Shown: piece after piece, positions 52,635 to 62,170 of the stretch
Numbering within the stretch: the stretch's first letter is position 1
How the letters are laid out: every line of letters begins with the position of its first letter
DNA from: a virus
Lineage: Duplodnaviria > Caudoviricetes
Length of the DNA stretch: 64,000 nt
IMG/VR virus record: IMGVR_UViG_3300017963_000189
Strand: one strand, 5' to 3'
Made by a program: the position numbers and the translations under genes
The notes under the pieces: generated by a model
What the model was told of the DNA's origin: nothing
Databases searched by the model: none
The model's input: the letters and a program-made list of their open reading frames with translations, nothing else

Positions 52635-52997
52635 TTAATATTTCTTTTGATAAATCCCCAAATCAAAAACTACTTTATCTAATTCATTAACAACCTTGAT
52701 CAACATCATTCTTTTACCATAAAATTTTTGTAACTCTTTTGGCTTGATTTTTATTTCCTTTCCAAAAGATTCTATCTCATTTCCCTCTTTATCATACATA
52801 TAAACCACTAACCACGCATTATATGGTTTACTCTTTCCTTGTATCTCTACTTCATAAAGAAAATCTACAAATATGGTTTTTCCTTTACGATATTCTATAT
52901 CATATACTCCACTTTTTATTTTAGGAAGGGGCGACTCGCCAGAAAACAATGATCCCACAAATAAAAGTATCAATATGATTATCAATGACTTTTTCAT
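52635..52997 (-). CDS. Secreted/exported hypothetical protein
   Basis: Signal-peptide-like N-terminus MKKSLIIILILLFVG. Confidence 0.65.
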   Translation of the reverse strand: MKKSLIIILILLFVGSLFSGESPLPKIKSGVYDIEYRKGKTIFVDFLYEVEIQGKSKPYNAWLVVYMYDKEGNEIESFGKEIKIKPKELQKFYGKRMMLIKVVNELDKVVFDLGIYQKKY

Positions 52998-53458
52998 TTC
53001 TTTACCTCTTTCTTAAAGACGGTTATTTCCTTATCATGACTCTTTCTTGTAAAATATGGAATTATTACAGGTAACAATGTTGTAACTATTGCTAATATAC
53101 TATCCATCGTTCCCTCTTTATTCGCATTATTTTCCGTATGAGAAGCTTTCAATTCTGCTTCTAACTTCTCGTAATCTTCCTCTAATTCTTGTATTCTATA
53201 TTTCAACAATTCCATTTGTAAATACAATTCAGTATCAAATTCGTCCATATTTTCAGGAACAGATTCCGCTATAGCGGGTTCTTCGACAGATTCCTCAGCT
53301 ACTTCAGGTCTCTCAGCACTTTTTGTATGATGTTCTTTTGTAATGAATTCACCAAAGACAACATTATATGCCTTATCGAGTGTACCTTGACCATAGGCGA
53401 AAAGTAAAAAAAGAGTAATAGACAATCCCCAAACAAGTTTGCCAACTGTAAACTTCAT
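52994..53458 (-). CDS. Membrane-anchored coiled-coil protein
   Basis: N-terminal TM, coiled coil, C-terminal LLPVIIP. Confidence 0.65.
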   Translation of the reverse strand: MKFTVGKLVWGLSITLFLLFAYGQGTLDKAYNVVFGEFITKEHHTKSAERPEVAEESVEEPAIAESVPENMDEFDTELYLQMELLKYRIQELEEDYEKLEAELKASHTENNANKEGTMDSILAIVTTLLPVIIPYFTRKSHDKEITVFKKEVKK

Positions 53459-53502
53459 AAAATTTCTCCTGATATTCTCTATATATAAATATAAGTGAAA
53501 TT

Positions 53503-53703
53503 TTATTTTATCTTGTTTACCGCTTTCTTTATTTCATTTAACGCTTCAAGAATTTCATAATATGTCGCCGATACAACATCAATTTCTTTAGTAATTTTAC
53601 GAATTTTACTTATTTGAAATTGATAGTATACGACAAAACCAACAAAGACTAACATAACCATAAATAAGATTGCGACTACAATCCATAATATCTCTGTTAT
53701 CAT
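53503..53703 (-). CDS. Small membrane protein
   Basis: Single TM. Confidence 0.55.
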   Translation of the reverse strand: MITEILWIVVAILFMVMLVFVGFVVYYQFQISKIRKITKEIDVVSATYYEILEALNEIKKAVNKIK

Positions 53704-54137
53704 TTTTTGACTTCTTTAGTTTCACCAGGACCACCATCAAGCTGATCGGCTTTCTCTTTCCATTCCTTAAATACTTCAAAAAAGTTACTCAACTTCGCAT
53801 GAAGCGCATGACTAAACTCAACTTCCTCATTCATATCCAAACGACTATTCATTTCTTTCGCGACATAATCAACACTAAAATCTTGATATTGTCTAAGAAG
53901 TTTTTCTACTTCACTATGAATTGTTGAATATAATAATCGTTGAAATTGATCCCTGTCTCTCCAACTAATATCAAGGGCTTCGACTATTACCCTTATAATT
54001 TCTCTTGTAAGCCGTTTTTCAATATCATGATTTGGATTACTTATTTCACAATTTCCTTGACGTTGATAAGGATTGAATATTTCATTGTGTCCACTAAAAT
54101 TTCTATAATCCGTCGGACATTTATCATCTTTACTCAT
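53700..54137 (-). CDS. Hypothetical protein
   Basis: AGGAGG SD. Confidence 0.65.
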   Translation of the reverse strand: MSKDDKCPTDYRNFSGHNEIFNPYQRQGNCEISNPNHDIEKRLTREIIRVIVEALDISWRDRDQFQRLLYSTIHSEVEKLLRQYQDFSVDYVAKEMNSRLDMNEEVEFSHALHAKLSNFFEVFKEWKEKADQLDGGPGETKEVKK

Positions 54138-54145
54138 TTCGCCTC

Positions 54146-54616
54146 CTATAAACCAAATCTATCTAATTTAGCTGGTTCAATATCATAAACACTTGAGAAT
54201 TGAGTTTTGAGATTTCCAAACCAATCAATACCGTGTTTTTGAATAATGGTATAAAAATCTTGAACATCATGATCACGAAGTTTGTAATCCCATTCACCGG
54301 TCTTTTCATTCATAACTGGATGAACGTGTAACAATTCATGATACATCAAAATTTCTCGTGTTTCATCGTCAAGTTGATCCCACAAATCACCGGACATTTG
54401 AATAACATAATCACAATTACCAAATACTTTCAATAAGTTATTCGCCCTTGAACAATGACCAGCCGTAAACTTATTGATAAATGGATATACCAACAAATAC
54501 TTTATCCTAACATTTTCGATGCCCATATTTTTGTCGTGCATAACCTTGTCCGCTAATACTTCTAAGTCTTGACTTTTCACATACTCGCGATTCTTAATTT
54601 TTACAGTCTCACTCAT
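54146..54616 (-). CDS. Phage metallopeptidase-like protein
   Basis: ILMYHELLHV (HExxH) and HDVQDF..II..HG. Confidence 0.75.
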   Translation of the reverse strand: MSETVKIKNREYVKSQDLEVLADKVMHDKNMGIENVRIKYLLVYPFINKFTAGHCSRANNLLKVFGNCDYVIQMSGDLWDQLDDETREILMYHELLHVHPVMNEKTGEWDYKLRDHDVQDFYTIIQKHGIDWFGNLKTQFSSVYDIEPAKLDRFGL

Positions 54617-54631
54617 AACATTTTTTCCTTT

Positions 54632-54829
54632 CTATGCTTTTTGTGTTACTCCACAATATTTACATTTCTCATAACTGTGATGTGAATCTCGCCCATCAGG
54701 TTCAAATTCATGTTCACATATTTCCTGAAGCGCTTTAATAGCCTTTTCGATTTTAATAACTTGTTGATTTAAATCAACTCGTTTTTGTTCTAAATCTTCA
54801 ACGGCTACTTGTAATACGGCTTGTTCCAT
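54632..54829 (-). CDS. Small coiled-coil/zinc-finger protein
   Basis: CEHEF...CKYCG; start MEQAV after GGAGG. Confidence 0.6.
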   Translation of the reverse strand: MEQAVLQVAVEDLEQKRVDLNQQVIKIEKAIKALQEICEHEFEPDGRDSHHSYEKCKYCGVTQKA

Positions 54830-54830
54830 A

Positions 54831-55187
54831 TTATACCTCCTGATTTGGAATAAACATTTCGTCTGCCAAATAAACTTCATGGCGACTATGAGATTTGGGA
54901 TGAAGTCTTTTAGCTAACACTTTAATTACTCTACGATCTTTCGGAACTCTAAACATTTTTTGTAGAAATTCGTCACATTGTTCTTTAGTTTTTAGTACAT
55001 GGAAACCTGATTCATAATATGTAGCACAAGAACCATCTTTGACTGTTTTCCTGTCAGCAGATAACCATTTACCAACTTCTAATTTCCTTGAACCACGTTC
55101 ATTTTTACCTTTAATCCCATGAAATAAAGTATGATATTCACCATTAATAACTTCAACTATTCTATAACATTCAATAATTTGATCCAT
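54831..55187 (-). CDS. Hypothetical protein
   Basis: YESGFHV motif. Confidence 0.65.
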   Translation of the reverse strand: MDQIIECYRIVEVINGEYHTLFHGIKGKNERGSRKLEVGKWLSADRKTVKDGSCATYYESGFHVLKTKEQCDEFLQKMFRVPKDRRVIKVLAKRLHPKSHSRHEVYLADEMFIPNQEV

Positions 55188-55233
55188 AACCTTTTCCTTT
55201 CACCTATATAACCTTTATACTACTCAATTTTAA

Positions 55234-57495
55234 TTAAGTTCCATCTAATATTTCTCTTATCTTTCTCGCCAATGATGTCGGCGTCACAGGTTTCTGAATA
55301 AAATTAGTTCCAGGATCTAATACCCCACGATGAACTATTGTGTTATCGGTGTAACCGGACATATACAAAACTTTTAGATTTGGTATAAAATCACTTAACT
55401 GGATCGCAAGTTCTCTACCGTCCATTCTCGGCATCACGACATCAGTCACCAACATATTTATTTTTGTTTGATTATTTTTCATCACTTCTATAGCTTCAAT
55501 ACCATTGGACGCACAAATAACTTTATATCCCATATCTCTTAACGCGTCACAAAGTAATAGACGAACTTCTTTTTCATCTTCTACTAATAACAATGATTCA
55601 TTTCCACTATAATCTAATATCTCTCCATTTATTTGTATTTCGTTTTTTGTCTCTCTATCCACTCTTGGCAAATATACCTTGAACGCCGTTCCTTGTCCAA
55701 TCTCACTATATACCCAAACAAAACCACCACTTTGTTTTATTATTCCATACGCCGTAGACAATCCTAAACCAACTCCCTTACCCATTTCTTTTGTCGTAAA
55801 AAATGGTTCAAAGATTCTTTCTTTTGTCGCCATATCCATTCCAACACCATCATCCGTAACAGAAAACATTATGTAACGACCTTTATCAATCATCTTTTGT
55901 TTTCGTTCAACGTGATCTTCATCAAAATATATATTTTTTGTCTCAAGTCTAATCAATCCTACATCTTGTTCAGGTATAGCATCCCGAGCATTGATTATCA
56001 TATTCATCATAACCAAACTAATTTGATTGACATCAACAAAACAATTACCCAAATCAGGATCAAGATGTTTAGCGATTTCTATATCTTCTCTTATCAGTGT
56101 CGCCAAAACTTTTATTTCATTTTCAAGAATGTTATTTAAGTTAACAACTTCTGGCGTCAAAATTTGTTTTCTACTAAAAGCAAGAAGTTGTTTTGTAAGT
56201 GCCTCGGCTCTATCAGCCGCATTATCTATTTTTTCTAATTTTGTTTGTAAATATATATGTGGTTCTGTTTCAGGACATTTTTGACTTCTCCTAATAAGAA
56301 GTTCAGTGTGACCACGAATAACGGTAAGAATGTTATTGAAATCGTGAGCAACTCCACCCGCTAATAAACCAATAGCTTCCAATTTAGCAGCTTGTCGTAA
56401 TTGTTCTTCAAGATTTAATTTTTCTGATATATCATAAAAAATTACAAGTATAGATTGTTTATTTTTATATATTATTGGTTTAGCAACAACTTCAACATCT
56501 ATGATACTACCATCTTTTTTAAAGAATTTTTCGTCTAACGGTTCATTAGTTTCTCCTGTTTCTATCATATTTTTTATTCTTCCTTTAACAACACTTCTAT
56601 AATCAGGATGAACATAATCCATTACTTTGTCGCCAACCAAATCTTTATAATTGTCAGCTCCAATTAATTGACATGCAGCAGGATTGGCGAAAACAATCTC
56701 CATACTTTTTATATTGTAAACTATGATTGAAGATGGTAAAAGTTCCACTAAATCTTTATATTGTCTTTCAAGAGATTCAAGTTTTAGTTTTTCACTTATA
56801 TCATTGAACAAAACCATACTTGCTTTTTGATTCTTATAAGTTATTAATTTAGAAATCACTTCCATTTCAATAGCTTCTTTTTTATCATGTGATAAAAATT
56901 TCATTCTACTCGCTGGACAATATCCTTTTTCTTGTAATTCCTTTATTCGCCGTTTTCCTTCCTCAATAGAATCAGGATGGACGGATTCAAAAACACTTTC
57001 AGGTTTATCATCGTCCAATGGACGATTTATCATTTTTCTCGCTTGTTTGTTGGAAAATAATTTTTGTTTTGTTTTTAAACTATAAACTGCCATTCCGATT
57101 GGCAAAAGTTCAACTAAATCTTCATAGTATTGTTCTTTTTCTATTTGTTTAGTAATATCTATACCAAAACTTAAAAATGTATTATTTGGAGTTATTTCTG
57201 CAGAAAATAAACCATGACGTGTTTCACCATTTTTATGTAATATGGTAAACTCTCTATTTAATACTTTACCTTTTTCACGTAATTCATTACTAATCGCGAT
57301 CCGTTCTTCCGGATACTTCCACATATTAAATTCAAGAGAAGTTTTACCAATTATTTCTTCTCGTGCATAACCGGTCATTTCACAAAATAAATCATTTACT
57401 TTTATAAACTTTCCAGTGTCCAATTCGCTATATGCTACCGCAATAGGTAACGAACCATATACTTTATCAAATGAAATTGTTATATCGTCGTTCAA
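55234..57495 (-). CDS. Hybrid sensor histidine kinase (3 PAS + HisKA/HATPase + receiver)
   Basis: LAGGVAHDFNNIL, NMIINARDA, FEPFFTTKEMGKGVGLGLS, LLVEDE, VTDVVMPRMDG, FIQKP. Confidence 0.95.
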   Translation of the reverse strand: MNDDITISFDKVYGSLPIAVAYSELDTGKFIKVNDLFCEMTGYAREEIIGKTSLEFNMWKYPEERIAISNELREKGKVLNREFTILHKNGETRHGLFSAEITPNNTFLSFGIDITKQIEKEQYYEDLVELLPIGMAVYSLKTKQKLFSNKQARKMINRPLDDDKPESVFESVHPDSIEEGKRRIKELQEKGYCPASRMKFLSHDKKEAIEMEVISKLITYKNQKASMVLFNDISEKLKLESLERQYKDLVELLPSSIIVYNIKSMEIVFANPAACQLIGADNYKDLVGDKVMDYVHPDYRSVVKGRIKNMIETGETNEPLDEKFFKKDGSIIDVEVVAKPIIYKNKQSILVIFYDISEKLNLEEQLRQAAKLEAIGLLAGGVAHDFNNILTVIRGHTELLIRRSQKCPETEPHIYLQTKLEKIDNAADRAEALTKQLLAFSRKQILTPEVVNLNNILENEIKVLATLIREDIEIAKHLDPDLGNCFVDVNQISLVMMNMIINARDAIPEQDVGLIRLETKNIYFDEDHVERKQKMIDKGRYIMFSVTDDGVGMDMATKERIFEPFFTTKEMGKGVGLGLSTAYGIIKQSGGFVWVYSEIGQGTAFKVYLPRVDRETKNEIQINGEILDYSGNESLLLVEDEKEVRLLLCDALRDMGYKVICASNGIEAIEVMKNNQTKINMLVTDVVMPRMDGRELAIQLSDFIPNLKVLYMSGYTDNTIVHRGVLDPGTNFIQKPVTPTSLARKIREILDGT

Positions 57496-57515
57496 CTATT
57501 CTCTCCGTAAATAAG

Positions 57516-57595
57516 AATCCCCGGTGAGAATCGAACTCACATTCTCAGCTCCGGTTACGGCTACAAGCTTAGGAGGCTTGCCCGGCTACGGGGAC
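57516..57595 (-). tRNA. Rearranged tRNA-like RNA, anticodon arm (CCT, Arg) nested before D-like segment
   Basis: GTCCCCG/CGGGGAT, CAAGC-CTCCTAA-GCTTG only 8 nt after acceptor, T arm GTGAG-TTCGATT-CTCAC. Confidence 0.65.
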
Positions 57596-57598
57596 ATT

Positions 57599-57805
57599 CT
57601 ATTTTTTATCTTTCTCCACTTTCATTCTTTTTACAAAACCATCAGGGTCTTTTTTGTATTCCACAATCATATCAGTAAATGCTTTACTGATACCTTCCTC
57701 AATCGTCATACCCAAACTTTGAATTTTTTCTACAATATCATCTTCTAATTCTACGACAGTAAAAACTTCTCCAGTTTTTTCGTCGATAAGTTCTACTTCA
57801 ACCAT
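57599..57805 (-). CDS. Hypothetical protein
   Basis: AGGAG SD. Confidence 0.6.
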   Translation of the reverse strand: MVEVELIDEKTGEVFTVVELEDDIVEKIQSLGMTIEEGISKAFTDMIVEYKKDPDGFVKRMKVEKDKK

Positions 57806-57848
57806 GTCATTTCTCTCCTACTATATAAATATGTATAGATATAAAAAA

Positions 57849-58526
57849 TCAAACAACACTGCAATTTTCTTTTATATATCTTTCTCTGGCTAAAACCATT
57901 CCTCTAAATTGATCCAATGTATCAACCATCATAAAAGGTATATCATTATTATCTCTACGATACCAACCATTACCACGTTCCCGTTTAAACAGGACACCTA
58001 CACTACCATTTTCACTGGCATGTATAGTTTCTACTGTTTGTGGTTTATCGTCCAACAAATAATTCGGATGATACAACTCTTTTTGACTTGAGAAAATCAA
58101 ATCTTCATACGTTATTTTATTTTCTTCTAACCATTCAATAGTACCCACTTTTGATTCCGGTGTATATTGATGTGTTGATAAAACTATACGACAATTCGGC
58201 AGTTTTTCTTTCAAGATGTTGAAATGTTTATACCATTGTCCTGGCGTCACAAGCGCCGGAGCATGGCGAAACACATCATAAGTCAAATCACCACCAAAAA
58301 ATAACTCAGTCATAAGTTTATCGACTTCCTCACCTTTTTCTTCCGGCCAGTATTCATCTTTGAACCACCAACCACGTATTTCACTCGGATGAACTTTATA
58401 TTGTTCATATTGTGGATAACGTTCAAAGAATAATTTCTCTGAATAGCCATGAAAATCGCGCAATACGCCATCTATATCGTGATGAATCGTAATAATTCTA
58501 TTTGTAATAACTTCTATTTTTCCCAT
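57849..58526 (-). CDS. HAD-family 5'(3')-nucleotidase (NT5C-like)
   Basis: HDIDGVLRD, K..WL, LLDDKP. Confidence 0.82.
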   Translation of the reverse strand: MGKIEVITNRIITIHHDIDGVLRDFHGYSEKLFFERYPQYEQYKVHPSEIRGWWFKDEYWPEEKGEEVDKLMTELFFGGDLTYDVFRHAPALVTPGQWYKHFNILKEKLPNCRIVLSTHQYTPESKVGTIEWLEENKITYEDLIFSSQKELYHPNYLLDDKPQTVETIHASENGSVGVLFKRERGNGWYRRDNNDIPFMMVDTLDQFRGMVLARERYIKENCSVV

Positions 58527-58535
58527 AAGCCCCCT

Positions 58536-58778
58536 TTATACATACGTTTTATACATATCAAACAACTTCTCTAATGTTTCCTTTTCTATTTCCTTATCTT
58601 GATGTATCTTTCCTATTGTCGCCAGAATCGTCTGGGCTCGCCCAGAACGAGACTGGTTTAATGTCTTTTCATTTGGATCATAACCATTAGTCTCAAATGT
58701 CTTTACTAAATACTTCTTTAGTAATACATTTAACTTCTTTATCGTCTCGTCCTTTTTTGAATCAGGTATCATTATCAA
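58536..58778 (-). CDS. Hypothetical protein
   Basis: Co-oriented ORF. Confidence 0.6.
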   Translation of the reverse strand: MIMIPDSKKDETIKKLNVLLKKYLVKTFETNGYDPNEKTLNQSRSGRAQTILATIGKIHQDKEIEKETLEKLFDMYKTYV

Positions 58779-59197
58779 GATACACCACCATTCTCTACAA
58801 TGTCCTCTACAAACTTCTTAGCCTCAATCAATGACATCTTTTCACCACTTGTCGGTATTACATTTTCCCTGGCGTATTTTATCGCTTCCACTTTACCCAT
58901 TGTATGATTAGCGTATATGTCTTTTATCATCCAATCAATAACCTGTTCATATGACATATCTTCACCATTGTTATCGGCTCGCCACTTTTTGATAGTTTGA
59001 TTTTTACGCCAAATAAAATTCATCCGTTTTAACGTTTCCGGTGTTACTTCATTGTCTCGTTTAATTCTTGTTATAGTATCAGTAACTTCAATCCAATCTT
59101 CATGAAAAAGATTATCTGGATTATTATCATGAATTTCATCTAATAATTCAGCTAACTTTTGAAGTTTGTCCAAAACTCTTTGTTTCTTGTCTAACAT
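58775..59197 (-). CDS. Hypothetical protein with C-terminal ribosomal L7/L12-CTD-like motif
   Basis: KVEAIKYARE...MSLIEAKKFVE. Confidence 0.6.
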   Translation of the reverse strand: MLDKKQRVLDKLQKLAELLDEIHDNNPDNLFHEDWIEVTDTITRIKRDNEVTPETLKRMNFIWRKNQTIKKWRADNNGEDMSYEQVIDWMIKDIYANHTMGKVEAIKYARENVIPTSGEKMSLIEAKKFVEDIVENGGVS

Positions 59198-59500
59198 TTA
59201 GAAACCCTTTTTATCTAATCTCCGATCATAAAACTTTAATACTGTTTGATTGTCAACTTCCCAATGATCAACATATTGTTCTTGTAACTCAAAGATCATT
59301 GTTTTCGCCCCTTCCACATCACCATCTATTATACGAAACCAAATACGTCTGAGTTCCAAATATAAAATATTACTGTTAGTATTCGCCATCCATTGACGTA
59401 AATCTCTTTCAAAACTAAATGTGTCGCCTTTATCAAGACAATCTAAATAATGTTCAAAAATCTCCGCTGCGGGTTTTGCATGTTTTCCTACATATCTCAT
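59198..59500 (-). CDS. Hypothetical protein
   Basis: Co-oriented ORF. Confidence 0.6.
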   Translation of the reverse strand: MRYVGKHAKPAAEIFEHYLDCLDKGDTFSFERDLRQWMANTNSNILYLELRRIWFRIIDGDVEGAKTMIFELQEQYVDHWEVDNQTVLKFYDRRLDKKGF

Positions 59501-59784
59501 TCGTCGCCCCTTTCTTCCGTTTTATTTGTATGTTCATCTAAAAATTGTTGTGATCTATTATGTGTAATTTCTCGTATGTCTATATCAGCAACTGCTTTTA
59601 TTATCGCTATTACCGTAATACGAAAAGGTCGGCGTAGTGACCATTTAGTTTCTACACCGACCAAGTTGTAATCCCCAGCCTTCAAGTTAGCTATTATTTT
59701 ACGATAATTAAAAATTGTACCATCAAAAGTAGTTTCGAACGTATAACTTTTTTGTATTAATTTTTGTGGTATTTCATTACGCAT
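59497..59784 (-). CDS. Hypothetical protein
   Basis: Co-oriented ORF. Confidence 0.6.
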   Translation of the reverse strand: MRNEIPQKLIQKSYTFETTFDGTIFNYRKIIANLKAGDYNLVGVETKWSLRRPFRITVIAIIKAVADIDIREITHNRSQQFLDEHTNKTEERGDE

Positions 59785-60130
59785 TCTTTTTCCTCAACCA
59801 ACCTTCATAAATTTTAAATTCTTCACGATATGGAGCAACAATGTCGCCATTAGCAATCTTGGCTAATTGACCAGCATACCGCAACATTTTTTTCTTGACG
59901 TGTTTGAACTGACCTTCTGAAACAAATCCATGTTCCAAAAACCACTTGGCGACTGAAGTCATAAAGTCACCATCAAAACCACTAAACCCAACACCATTAG
60001 CATATTTGGTGTATTCAGCACTTTGTTCATCAGCAGTTTGAAGTTCATAAATACGTATCAAACCCTTGATAACTGCTACGTCATTAGTCTCAAGTAAATT
60101 CTTGATTTCGTCTTTAGTCCACTTTTTCAT
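59777..60130 (-). CDS. Conserved phage-type hypothetical protein
   Basis: QTADEQ...NGVGFSGFDG; AGGAG SD. Confidence 0.7.
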   Translation of the reverse strand: MKKWTKDEIKNLLETNDVAVIKGLIRIYELQTADEQSAEYTKYANGVGFSGFDGDFMTSVAKWFLEHGFVSEGQFKHVKKKMLRYAGQLAKIANGDIVAPYREEFKIYEGWLRKKNA

Positions 60131-60169
60131 TATATACTCCTATTAGTTGTTATCTCAATTAACTACTAT

Positions 60170-60198
60170 AATATACAACATTTCGGAGTATTTGTCAA
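60170..60198 (-). promoter_or_regulatory. sigma70-type promoter (TTGACA-N17-TATATT)
   Basis: Exact match. Confidence 0.8.
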
Positions 60199-60743
60199 CT
60201 GTTTTCTGATTTATTTTTTACTAATTCGTTAGCGAACTTTCTAACTGACTCCCAATACAATAAATAGTCTGTTCTTCGTCTTTCTCTTATAGGATTTCGC
60301 CATCTTTCGTCAGGTCTATTATCTTGTCTCAACCAATGATAAATATCAGCCCACTCGGTTTCTGCATCAAATCCGGCTTTATCGTCCAAGTAAACATCAA
60401 AATATGGTTTATTTGTATAGTCACCATAATCGCCTTCACCTATCTCAGGATTATCATTTACATATTCAAACTCTATATTATGTAACGACAACAAATTAAT
60501 ATAGTGTCTTATTTGATCTTTATGTGAACAAGTATAAAGAATCGTCCTTATATCTGGGCGAGCCGTAAGTAATTGTAATGACGGTTTCGCCCATTCGTAA
60601 AAATCTAACTTGTTTACTAACTTTTCCTTGTGATTCGGACGTATGATCACACCATGCATGTCGATTAACCAATAGGTTTCATACCATTGTTGTCTCATTT
60701 GTTTATCATATTGACGATGTATAACGTCTATAATTGCTCCCAT
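60195..60743 (-). CDS. HAD-like hydrolase
   Basis: LIDMHGVI, ILYTCS, VNDNP, KPYFDVYLDDKAG. Confidence 0.7.
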   Translation of the reverse strand: MGAIIDVIHRQYDKQMRQQWYETYWLIDMHGVIIRPNHKEKLVNKLDFYEWAKPSLQLLTARPDIRTILYTCSHKDQIRHYINLLSLHNIEFEYVNDNPEIGEGDYGDYTNKPYFDVYLDDKAGFDAETEWADIYHWLRQDNRPDERWRNPIRERRRTDYLLYWESVRKFANELVKNKSENS

Positions 60744-61363
60744 TAATATCTTTCCTCAATAACATTTGAAACAATCAACTCAACATCATTTTCCTGCATT
60801 TCTATCAAAGCATCATCCGCTCCATCAAGACCCGCAACACCATCAACAACAACATAAGTTATAAATCCCAAACTTTCAGCATCAAGAGCTGTAAACTTTA
60901 CACAATAGTCTGTCGCCAAACCAACAATATAAACTTCGTCAATCGCTTGATCATCTAAAATGTCACATAAATCTGTTTCAAACAATTTACCATTGTCAAA
61001 AAATCCACTGTAAGAATCTACTTCGGGATTCGTTCCTTTTACAACATATTCATTAATCCATTCTAAATGTAAATCCTTATGTAATTCAGCACCGTTTGTT
61101 CCTTGAACACAGTGATCCGGCCACAAAACTTGTTCTACACCATTTAAATTAATAACATCAAACAACATACTGCCTTCATGACTTGACGCAAATGACTTAT
61201 GACCCTCAGGATGCCAATCTTTCGTGGCGACAATTAAATCCCAATCAACGTTTGCGGTAAGTTTATTTACAACAGGAATGATTTTTCCGGCGTTCGGTAC
61301 TTCCAATGATCCGCCTTCCATAAAATCATTTTGAATGTCTACTAAAATCAAAGCTTTTCTCAT
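60743..61363 (-). CDS. pncA: Nicotinamidase/pyrazinamidase
   Basis: ALILVDIQNDF, DWHP, WPDHCVQ, KG..DSYSGF, GLATDYCV. Confidence 0.95.
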   Translation of the reverse strand: MRKALILVDIQNDFMEGGSLEVPNAGKIIPVVNKLTANVDWDLIVATKDWHPEGHKSFASSHEGSMLFDVINLNGVEQVLWPDHCVQGTNGAELHKDLHLEWINEYVVKGTNPEVDSYSGFFDNGKLFETDLCDILDDQAIDEVYIVGLATDYCVKFTALDAESLGFITYVVVDGVAGLDGADDALIEMQENDVELIVSNVIEERY

Positions 61364-61366
61364 ATC

Positions 61367-62113
61367 TTACCTCCTGTATATCGGTGGATATTTAGTTTTA
61401 TGTTCATTTATCCTAATCATTTTCTTTACTTTTTCAATCTTATCGGCATGATCAATAGGATATTCTTTACCGGTTTCAAGATAATATAGAATAGAATCTA
61501 ATACATCATAACTCATTCCAATATCTTTTTCATCAGTCTGCCCTTCCCAAAGAGCAGCAGTAGGCGTTCTCTCAACCAAATCGTCGGGAATACCTAAGTT
61601 TCTCGCCATCCCTTTTACTTCCCACTTGTAATATTCTGCTATCGGAAGCACATCAACTCCACCATCACCGTATTTAGTAAAATATCCAATCATATCTTCA
61701 CTCTTATTTCCGGTTCCGGCGACCAACATATTATTTTTTCCAGCGACAGCATAAAGGAAAGTCATTCTCAATCTTGCTCTTATATTCGCTTGTTCTAACC
61801 TACCCAACAAAATCGGAGCTTCCTCGACCATCGCGTTATATGTTTCTCTCATATCATAAAAGACAGTTTCAATACCAAGAAGTTTAGCAACTCTATCAGC
61901 GTCAAGTTCATCTTGTTCACCAGAATAAATCGGCATAATAACACCAATAACATTTTCTTTACCAACGGCTTTTACCGCGAGAGCGGCGACAAGAGTAGAA
62001 TCAATACCACCACTCAAACCAACGACATAACCATTAGTTCCAGAAATAGTATTATAATTCTCTAACCAACTTGCAATGTCTTTTATTTCCGGTTCAAAAT
62101 TAAGATTACTCAT
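61367..62113 (-). CDS. nadE: NH3-dependent NAD+ synthetase
   Basis: GLSGGIDS, NIRARLRM, GTGNKSE, GYFTKYGDG, PTAALWEGQTDE. Confidence 0.95.
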   Translation of the reverse strand: MSNLNFEPEIKDIASWLENYNTISGTNGYVVGLSGGIDSTLVAALAVKAVGKENVIGVIMPIYSGEQDELDADRVAKLLGIETVFYDMRETYNAMVEEAPILLGRLEQANIRARLRMTFLYAVAGKNNMLVAGTGNKSEDMIGYFTKYGDGGVDVLPIAEYYKWEVKGMARNLGIPDDLVERTPTAALWEGQTDEKDIGMSYDVLDSILYYLETGKEYPIDHADKIEKVKKMIRINEHKTKYPPIYRR

Positions 62114-62141
62114 TTATATACCTTTCTTTATGTACTTTCTT

Positions 62142-62170
62142 AATATACAAAATTAAGTTCACTTTGTCAA
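62142..62170 (-). promoter_or_regulatory. sigma70-type promoter upstream of nadE-pncA
   Basis: TTGACA-N17-TATATT exact. Confidence 0.8.
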
